Source: Candidatus Altimarinota bacterium (GTDB taxonomy: Bacteria > Patescibacteriota > Gracilibacteria > UBA1369 > GCA-2718715). From it: a stretch of DNA of 64,000 nt. The position numbers and the translations under genes are program-made. The notes beneath the pieces were generated by a model. The model was not told the DNA's origin, ran no database searches, and worked only from the letters and a program-made list of their open reading frames with translations. Below are positions 39,010 through 48,919 of the stretch, one piece after another (the first letter of the stretch is position 1; every line of letters starts with the position of its first letter). Location: the NCBI GenBank assembly GCA_041242255.1, contig JBESAV010000001.1, positions 96,001-160,000 of the forward strand. Reading direction: 5' to 3'.

Positions 39010-41292
39010 CTACCCTTGTTCTAGAATCACAGAATCATAACTTCCTTCAGTTACAACATCTCCATTCTCGTACTCAAGAGTATCTTCCATAACCTCAATC
39101 TCAAGTCTATAACCACCATTTGGATATCCAAAGTTACTTACATCTACGCTCATTCCATCACTTGCAAGCTCAACGGTTACATTAACTTCAGCTCTTTGAT
39201 TACAAGTCTGAGTATCATATCCTAAACAACTAAATACTTTCACAGCATCAGTCAATGAAGCACCACTTCTAAGTCTAATTTCTTGTCCACTCACACCTGT
39301 TTCTAGGTTGATAACATCACTTGGATTGATTTGATCATCATCTGTATCCAAAACTAAAGCCGGACCATAAGTAGTAGCAACTACTGGACCATTAAACTGA
39401 ATATTAGAATCATTCACCCTCCACTCTTCAAGCCAGTTAGTTTCCTCAACAACTCTAACTTCATACTGTCTATTATTTTCATAAACTCGACCAATCAAAG
39501 TCAAAGTAACTTCTTTAGTTGCATCATCAAAGCTCAAGTCATACTCACTAGCATCAGTTTCTTGACCACCTTCATAAAGAGCAAAATTATCTAAAATCTC
39601 GGCTTCATCTGTTTCAGAAACCAGTCTATTTGGTTGGAATACTGCATTAGCACCATCCACTTCTTTCAACGAATAAGTAATTGAAGCAAGATCAGCTACA
39701 ACTTCAAACTGGTAACTATCACCAGTTACTGTAGTTCCATCATCATAAACAAATCCAGCATCTTCAATCTCTACTTCATAAATTCCAGCTTCAAAACCAT
39801 CTCTTTTCGAGATAACTACACTTTCATCAGCCGCAACTCTTGAGTATTGAATCTCTGAGTTATTAGTAAGCTCAGTTCTACTAGAACAATTCGCATTGTC
39901 ACACTTAAATATTCTTACAACTTGCTTATCATTCTGAAAAGTAGAGGATCTATCAAATCGACCATTATCAGATAAAAAGTCAATATCATCCCCAGGCCTA
40001 GCTTCTTCATCATCAGCACTTAGAACTAAAGCCGGACCTTCAGTAGGATCAGCAGCTTCAACCTCAAAGTCTAATTCCAATTCTTGAACTTTTTCTCTTT
40101 CAAAAGTATCAAAAATTCTCAACTGATAATCTCCAGGGCTTAGCTTATCTCCTAGATCAATCTCAATATTTTTAAGATTCAAATCAACATCAGAAGAATC
40201 AAAAGCAGTTATAAACACATAGTTAGCTCCATCCTCTCTATAAATTGCTAGATCAGAATCATTATCATCTAAATCAATCTCCGAAGCATCCATATCCAAA
40301 TCTTCAGGAGTATTATCGCTACTAGATTCAAAGAACTCTAATTCTAAAGTATCTCCAACCTGTAAAGTATCATCCTTAATCTCACCAATCAAAGCAACTC
40401 TATCTACTTTACATCTTCCTTCATAATCTACATCAACACCTTCAGCTTCAGCTTTACAAGAGTTTTGGTAAGTATTTCCATCAACTCCACATACAAAAGC
40501 ATCCACATCCGAACATGATTCAGTCACGTTTCCTTTAACATAAAACCAGTAAACTTCATCATCATCTAAATCATCAAAGAAATCCCTATCAATCGGATCA
40601 TTTAAGTCTCCAGACTCAGTTAAACGTTCAGCTTCACCAGTTACATCACCTGTCCAAAAAATAACCGCTTTACCTGATATTTCAGAAAAATCTGGTTTAG
40701 GACCATAGTTCCATCCTCTTAAGGCTTTAAAGTCCCCTACTCTATCCTCAACGTAAGTCTCATATTCGTAGGCTCTACTTGTATTAAAGATCAAAGTACC
40801 ATCAAACTCATCATCAAAAATATCTAATGTATCGATATCATAATCAGATCTAAAAATCTCATTTGGATAAACGTCCCAATCTTGCTGTTCAGCATCCCAA
40901 ATAACTGACAAAGTCAGCTGATCAGTCAAACTCGTATTTTCATTTAAAAATTCAACAATTGAATCATATTCCCCATCAAACACTATCGGAGTCCAAGTTT
41001 CTCTAGCAGAACTAAAGTTTAAATCATCTTCATCAGGTAAATCCCCCGTTCTCTCAAACTGATAGAAATTACCATCCGGTGTCAAAGCACCAGACAAACT
41101 AACCTCAGGATCTATCACCAAAGTTGGTGGAGGTCCAATCTCATCAACAGTTAACTCATCATCAGCCGACCCCATAAGTTCCTCTGTTTGAGGCTCTTCC
41201 CCAAAGTTAGAACTCACAAGTATCGCAACCACACCAAGGATCACCACCAAGGCAGCAACTCCAAGACTATACTTTTTATTTTTAATCTCCAT
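39010..41292 (-). CDS. large surface protein, paralog family member 2 (Kazal + Ig-like repeats)
   Basis: N-terminal TM; [27 protein letters not shown]; YWFY; Kazal motif; two GPALVL repeats. Confidence 0.85.
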   Translation of the reverse strand: [760 protein letters not shown]

Positions 41293-41340
41293 CGCTCAAA
41301 ATTAAATTTATCATATAATTATAACACAATTCTCTACACA

Positions 41341-41368
41341 AAAAAAGAGACCCACCTGGGTCTCTTTT
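41341..41368 (-). terminator. terminator of 41388..43868
   Basis: AAAAGAGACCCA/TGGGTCTCTTTT inverted repeat. Confidence 0.8.
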
Positions 41369-41387
41369 ATAGTTTACCTAAGTCCTT

Positions 41388-43868
41388 TTACAAACTTACT
41401 TGATAAACTTTTCCTCCACCATACTCAATCTTTTTACCATCATAGATATCGTAAACCGTTCTTCCAGAAGTAGCTTTATAGTCACTACTTAAGTAGAAAT
41501 CATTCCCATCATAGAAGAAATCACGATTCAAGAAGCTTCCAAAATTATGGAACCTAACATCTAACCTACCAAAGATCATCCTTTTATATCCAGGGTCATC
41601 TACTCTATCAAACACTTCATCTTTAATGACAATTGTTCCTTTATTGTTGTATGCGAAGTATCCTTCAATTTCACTAGCCGAAGTAATTACACTTGGAGCA
41701 TATTTAGGCGAACTATAATCAAGACCGTAATTATTAGTATTAATACTCATACTTCTCATTTGGTCATCAGCTGCACATATGAAATCAGCATTTTTATCAT
41801 TATTATCACCAATCATATAAGTCACTGGTGCACCATTAGAGAATCCATCATGTACCCATACTCCGTCACCCATAGAAATCACTCTAAAGTTATCACCTAC
41901 TAGATTACTGATCTCTTTTTGTTGATTCAGACCAGAATCTCTATGAATACAAGCACTACTATACCTAGTCTTTCTCATTTTCAATGCGTTGTTAGTTTCA
42001 TAAATTTGCCCAACATAACGCTTATTATTTCCACTTAGCCTGTTTAAGTGTCTTCCTACGAAATGAATAGATCCAAGAACAGGATTGTATGACCAATGCA
42101 ACAATTCTTCAAAATCATTTTCAGAACTATCAAATGTAACCTCTTTTGAAACTCCATCTGAACCCGCATAGAACAACACTCCATCTTTAGCCTGAGAAGT
42201 CCATACAAAGTAATCATCATCCTCCATTCTCACAAGATCATAATGCTGTCTACTCTGACTATTCGACTCATTATTAACTCTAATTTTAGCAGATACCATT
42301 TTGAAATTATTTCCAATTTGCTTATACAGACAATTCCCAGTTGGAGTTTCAAAAACATTATTAAATGAAGCACAAACTCCATTGGCTCTAGTAATAAGCC
42401 AAACCTCATCATCTCTACTTACCTTCATATCCACAACACTCTCTCCAGATGATAAACCACTTAGATTAGCAATTTCTTGATTAACTCTCGACTCAAATTC
42501 CACTCTATGACTTTGTGGAGAATCAATTTCACTAAATACATATCTCAAAGTCGCATAGTCCGGATGTGAGAAACTTAAATTCACTGCACTAGACTCAAGC
42601 ACTGTATTAAAACTAGCTGAAGTTGGCCTTAAAGTTTCATCTTCCAAACTTGAATCAACATAATTAATCGACAAAGTATAACCAGTTACAAAGTCACCAT
42701 TCGTATTTAACACAGTTCCTTTATAAGCTACACGTTCAGGTTCAGATGTTTGAGTTCCAATAGTAAACCTATCTTGTAACTCAATCTGCTGAGTAGGCTG
42801 TTGAATTTGATATTGAGAAAAATCAATCTGATCAAAGAAGCTTCCAGAAATTAAATCAGGATTCATAATCATAGTCCCTTCCGTCTCATTAGTTTCCTGT
42901 GTACCCACAGTTAAATTAGGCTCCATTGCTTGAAGATTATTCTGGACTGGAGAGGTTAAATTTCCTTCTATTTGAGCCGCCACTGGATTTGGCTCTGTAG
43001 CCTCAACAGGTTCTGCATCATCTGGTTCAGATTCTACAACATTTTCGTTATCAGTTTCCTCTGGCTCAACTGACTCAGCAGGTTCTGTATTGGTAGCAAC
43101 TTCTTGCTCTGGAAGTTCTCCTCCCTGAGCAACTACTGAATTTTCCGAAGCATAAATCCAATACAAATCATTATTACTCAAAGTATCAGGATTAAAATCA
43201 CTTCCAGACTCTCTATAAAACTGCTCTAAATTTTCTCCACTAAAGTCCACCGACCAAATTGACCTATACCCTAGATCAGAGAAATCAGGCTTAGCTAAAA
43301 GATTCCAAGATGCATTCACATAGTTATCATGTCCAGCAGCCTCTCTGTAATTATTACAGAAATCAACTGAAACATTTGAATTCAAAACTACCACATCACC
43401 TTTCTGAAGTTCTTTATCAAGCTCAAGCAATGGAAGATTTCCACCATCACTACTCTTAATAATTCTGTTTGGCAAAGCTTCAAAAGTTTTATCTTCACTA
43501 TTGTAGTAAACAACTAAAATTCTATTCCCTTCAGAATAGTCAGCTTGTTCAAACACTACTTCCTCCACAGTCATACCATCTTCATAAGCAGTCACAGTAT
43601 ACCAACCATTCTGCCTATCAGATTCTCCCCCAAGTCTTTCACAAGTCTCAGGACCCGCTTCAAACATATCTGCTTCCTCTTGAGAAACAATGTAAAACGG
43701 CTCCCCAGAAAGAGTAGCATTGTATCCAGTATCAATGCTTATTCCAGGAGGCGCACTAGATACATCAAAGTTTTCCTCTTCCTGAGAAACACTTAAAAAA
43801 TAAGCTGATGATCCTATTACAAGGAGCAAAACCCCTCCAATAGCACCATACAATTTCTTTTTGTTCAT
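41388..43868 (-). CDS. large surface protein, paralog family member 3
   Basis: N-terminal TM; [22 protein letters not shown] conserved domain; acidic linker; beta-rich C-terminus. Confidence 0.85.
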   Translation of the reverse strand: [826 protein letters not shown]

Positions 43869-43916
43869 ATAATTTTTGTTACAAATCTATATATTATAAC
43901 ATTTTAATTACAAAAT

Positions 43917-43949
43917 AAAAAGACCCACTTGTCAAACAAGTAAGTCTTC
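43917..43949 (-). terminator. terminator of 43970..46885
   Basis: AAGACUUACUUG/CAAGUGGGUCUU + U tract on the minus strand. Confidence 0.65.
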
Positions 43950-43969
43950 TAAATTTCTCTCAAACTTAT

Positions 43970-46885
43970 CTATTCTCCAATTTTCATATTTGATAGAGAA
44001 AGTCGTCCATTTTCTTCTACAAAGACAAATAGTTTCTGACCAGCAGAGATAACTTGCTTAATCTCAGCATTATCCCCATAAGCTCCACCTAAACCTTTCA
44101 CAAGTCTTAACCTTCTATCAGATGAAGTTCTTTCAATTTTATAAATGTTATCAACACTTCTATTTAAAGTCATATAAGTAGTTCCAGCAAATTGCACAGG
44201 AGAAATAGGTGTACCTGCAACATCAATCTGATGCCCAACTCCTCTTTCGTCAGACCTTCTACAATCAACTACAGTCGCCTCCTCTCCCGGAGCTTCCGGA
44301 GCTTGAACACTCGAACAATCCAGTTCAAACAATCTAAAACTTCCACCTCCATCTTCTGCTCTTACTAAAGCTTCCCCAAAGTGTTCTGCACTTGAAAGCC
44401 TATCACTTCCTTGATTTGTGGATCTAACTTCCATCCATGCCGTCTGAAGATCATTCCAGTAGAATACATTTCTAGCAGAATTAATTCCAAACACATTCGA
44501 ACCATTGAATACAATTTCAGATAAGAACGATTCTCTTCCAGAAGTATTGATTCTATCATAACCTCCGTTAGGTAATTGGTGTCTATAAATCTCCCCTTGA
44601 GGACTATTGATAGACCATAGAGCTCCAGTATCTGAAGCAAAGAATCTATCTCCAGCTGTTGGGAAGTCATTCCCATTTAGACCGATGGTATCACCAAATT
44701 CAGTCATTCGTTGGATATTACATGTATAATAAGCTTTTGGATCAGCGTTTCGACCAACTGTTCCAGTTACAGCCCTATCACAATCATATCTCACATAGAG
44801 AACATCTTTCATCTCACCATTTCCTGCATCATATTTACCTTCCACAGTATCGATTCCTGATGAACCAAATTTCTCAACTTGATCAACATTACCATCTATC
44901 AGATTAGTTCCACTGTAATCATATCTATAAAATCTTCCATCCACACCTTCCCATGCAATGAGTGAATATATACGCTGATTAGTTTCACCAGCCATCACAT
45001 AGAAATCATCATCATCATTTACAAAGTTTCTAACACAGTTGTTTGTCCCTCCATCAGCAGGCACAGTACATACTGCTCTACTCAAAGGAGTCATACCTGG
45101 AAGTAATCTCCATTCTCCATCACCTTGAGAGAAGTTTTCAAAGATCTGACCATTATTATTGATCGCCCAGAAACCTCTTCCTACTTCATCATAGTGAACA
45201 CTTCTTACAGTTCCCGGAATCTCAGCAAAATCCTGATAATTATTCATACCTTCAAACGGTTGATCTGCAATCGTATCACATTGACCATTATCATTAACTG
45301 TCACATCGAACTCTCCATCTTCTACATTTGTTCCATCTTGGAAAGTAAGTCCTGAAACAGTTACTCTAATCTGCGAACAACCAGCCCATGCATCATTAAT
45401 ATCATCTCTAGGTCTAATTCTAATAGTTCTAGCATTATCAGCACTTGGCTCCCAGAAGATTACATACTCCCTATTATCTGGCCTACTTCCAAATTGCAAA
45501 CTAATTGCAGGGTCTCTCCTGTCCACATTCTTTGGAGCTAATAGAACAATATCATCTTTATAATCAATTCTGTCATCCTTAAGTTTAAGAGCTAAACCTT
45601 CACCTTGATTACAATCAATCTGGTTAGCAACTTCAGATGGGAAAAGTAATGCTCCTTCATCTCCTTGAGCAAGACTATCCTCTCCATCCACTTCACTTAC
45701 TGTAAAGTTCTCAGAGAAATTACCACATTGTAAAGTAACTTCATCACCAGCAGATATCTCACCACTAGCTACAGTACCAGTTACAACTGTACCTCTTCCT
45801 CCAACACTGAACACATCATCAATAGAGAAAACAGGTGTTCCAGTAGCAAAATCACCAAAGTCAATTCCACCAAAACCTGGATTTAAAGTAATACCACCAG
45901 TTTCACGCTGATCAATTACAACTAAATCATCATTTCCAGATCCAAATAAATCTCCAATTCTATCAATAATCGAAGGATCAACATCAATTACAGTTCCAGT
46001 ACTACCACCTTCAGTTCCTGAACCTTCTGTCCCGGTGTTACCATCAGTCTCAGATCCAGAGTTTTCTCCACCGTTTTCATTACCAGAGTTGTTTCCTTCT
46101 GTCCCTGACCCTTCAGTTCCTGAACCTTCTGTCTCAGAACCATTATCTTCCGAAGCCAATTCACCTCCATACACCCAATATAAAATATCATCTTCTAACG
46201 AACTAGGATCAAAATTAGCATCACCTTCTCTATAAAACTGATTCAAGTTCTGACCACTAAAGTCTACAGACCAAATCGATCTGTATCCTACAGCATCGAA
46301 ATCAGGCCTACTGACAAGATTCCAAGAACCTACAGTAACAACCTCATGATCTACAGCTTCAGCATAATCTTTACAGAAATCTACACTTCTATTTGAATTA
46401 ACCACAACCACCTCACCTTCTTCTAAAACAGTATTCCAATCTAGTAACGGAAGATCCGCTCCTCCAGCAGCTTTAATAATCCTATTAGGCATTGCCTCGA
46501 AACTCTTCTCAGACGGATTATAATAAACTGCAAGCATACTATCACCTTCTTCAAGATTAGCCTGCTCAAAAACGACCTCACGCACCGTCATACCATCCTG
46601 ATGTGCCACAACACTATACCAACCTTGCTGACGATCATCTTCGCCTCCAAGTTCAGCACAGGTATCAAGACTATCATCATACATATTCTCATCATCAGAG
46701 GTGACAATGTAAAACGGAGTTCCCGACAAAGTCGCATTATAACCAGAATCGATCACGATCCCAGGTGGAACACCTATTACTTCCTCTTCACCTTGGTTGT
46801 TTGAAGTTATAACTAAACCAACAAAAACCAGAGCAAGGACACCAAAGATCCCGATAAGAACCTTCTTCATCATACTTTTACTCAT
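43970..46885 (-). CDS. large surface protein, paralog family member 4 (EF-Tu domain II-like, Ig-like, propeller)
   Basis: N-terminal TM; [22 protein letters not shown]; GTEGS repeats; [16 protein letters not shown]. Confidence 0.85.
   Translation of the reverse strand: [971 protein letters not shown]
46000..46145 (-). repeat. coding low-complexity GTEGS-type repeats (linker)
   Basis: [16 protein letters not shown]...[10 protein letters not shown] in translation. Confidence 0.7.
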
Positions 46886-46932
46886 AATTTATATTTAAAC
46901 TAATCCTCATATTATAACACAAACCCCAAACT

Positions 46933-46960
46933 AAAAAAAGCCCCGCATCACGGGACTTTT
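46933..46960 (-). terminator. terminator of 46980..48854
   Basis: AAAAGUCCCG/CGGGGCUUUU on the minus strand. Confidence 0.7.
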
Positions 46961-46979
46961 ATATCTATCTAAAACTAAC

Positions 46980-48854
46980 TTATGGTTGATCCACTTTCAG
47001 TCTATAAGCACCTACACTCGAAGCTGCTCCTTGAGCAGAACTTTCCGCAAACTCAACTTGCAGATTAATCTGACCAGATACAGCATTACTATTATATTGG
47101 ATCGAAGTTATATTCAGCACAGCTCTTCCAGAATCCGTCAGATAAACACTATACTCAACATCATTTATCTCAGATGAAAAAGTAAGCTGATCCTGCAAGA
47201 TCTGATTATAATTCTCAGCTCCGTCTGGTTTTTCCAAGTAAACAAGTAAAGAATCAACCGGACCAAATCCTACAACATCTTCACCTTCCAAAACTTCAGT
47301 CACAACTTGATCTTCAAGATAAACCTTTCTTTGTTGTGTGATCACATGACACTCATCTTTTTCTAGAGTCACATCAAAACTTTCAGATTCAACTCCGGCT
47401 TTCTCAACTCTAATGGTATATTCTCCTTCCTGCTCAGCTAGCAATTGATACACACCACCAACTCCTGCTCCATTCAACCTTTCTACTTCAACACCATCCT
47501 GAATCACAATTACCGAAGCATCAGTAATTGGATTATTAGCAATCCCTACTACCTCAAGCACCACACCATATCTCAACTCTTGAGTACAAACTACATTTCC
47601 AAGTTCATCATCAATTATCTCAACTTTGAAACTAACAGTATCCAAATTTCCAGCTGCATCAACAATTCTAAATTCTACTTCCTTTGGAAGCTCAGCCAAA
47701 TCATCATCAATCGCTTCGAGATTAAATGAAGTCAAAGTACTTTCACCATCACTAAAGTTTTTCCCAGTTGCAAATGCATTTGCACCAGCAGCTACAGATC
47801 TAGAAGCAAGTTCAGTTGCAGAAGTTAGATCAACCTGCTGCCCATCTTCATACATCTCAAATTCAAGTTCAACTTCACCATCAGCAGGTAAAGCCAATCC
47901 CACGCTATATCTCAACTCACCACCATTTTCCTCAACTTGGAAAGTCTCACCTTCGACTACATCTCTCTGACCAGCTGTATTTTCATTATCAACTTTTACA
48001 ACTATTCCTTGTTCAGTCGGATTAGGGTTTGGATTTGGGTCAGGAAGATCCCCCCCATCAGTTACTGAAGTTGCCGCACCTCCATATACCCAGTACAACT
48101 CATCTTCAGGTAAATCTTGTGGAACTACAGAGTTTGAAGGATCATCATAAGCATAAAACCTCTCAGGATCTACTCCAGAATCACCACCTTTAGCAAAAGC
48201 AACTTCCCAAATTGCTCTGTAATCAACAGCATCAAAATCAGGCTTACTAACAAGATTCCATCTCATTTCTATATTTTCATGTGAACCAACCTCTGCATAA
48301 TCAAAACAGTAATCAGCATCTCTATTTGCACTCACTGAAACAACAGTTCCTTTTTCAAGTTCTTGCTCTCTATCTAATAGAGAAACATTAGAACCGTCAG
48401 TATTTACAATTATCTTATTAGGCCAAGCTTTAAATTCTTGATCCTCAGCATCATAAATAACTGCCACCATCTTATCCCCTTCTCTTAGCTCAATTTGCTC
48501 AAAAATAATGTCTTCGACAGTCATACCATCTTCGTATGCTACTACTTGGAACCAACCATTTTGAACACTTCTTCTGTATTCAGCAGTTCCAATCTCATTA
48601 CAAGTATCTAAACCATCATCATACAAATTCTCGTCATCTTCTTCAACAATATAAAAAGGCTCTCCAGACAATGTCGCATTATAACCGGCATCAATCGTAA
48701 CCAATGGCGGTGGAGTCATACTATCAAACTCAACAACTTCAGCTGGCTCAGCTGGCTTTTGCGCGAAGTACAAACCAACTCCAAGCAATACTACAAATAT
48801 AGCAGTAACCAAACCAATTAGCTGGTTCTGGGTTAATTTCTTAGAAGATTTCAT
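46980..48854 (-). CDS. large surface protein, paralog family member 5
   Basis: N-terminal TM; [23 protein letters not shown]; Calx-beta-like IDDD..E..IIDDE; carboxypeptidase-regulatory-like CTQELR...GEYTIRVEK...CHV. Confidence 0.85.
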   Translation of the reverse strand: [624 protein letters not shown]

Positions 48855-48919
48855 AACAATTACAAATTTAAAATTATTGTAAAAATATTATAGCAACTCC
48901 TTCCCGAAAACACACCTTT

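Noticed and set aside
45585-45835. tuf pseudogene
   Set aside because: The segment is in frame inside an intact 971-aa ORF with no G-domain or domain III remnants.
39010-48854. DGR, shufflon or contingency locus driving variation of the paralogs
   Set aside because: No RT or recombinase, no adenine-specific TR/VR pair, no inverted recombination sites; shared DNA blocks are short and diverged at synonymous sites.
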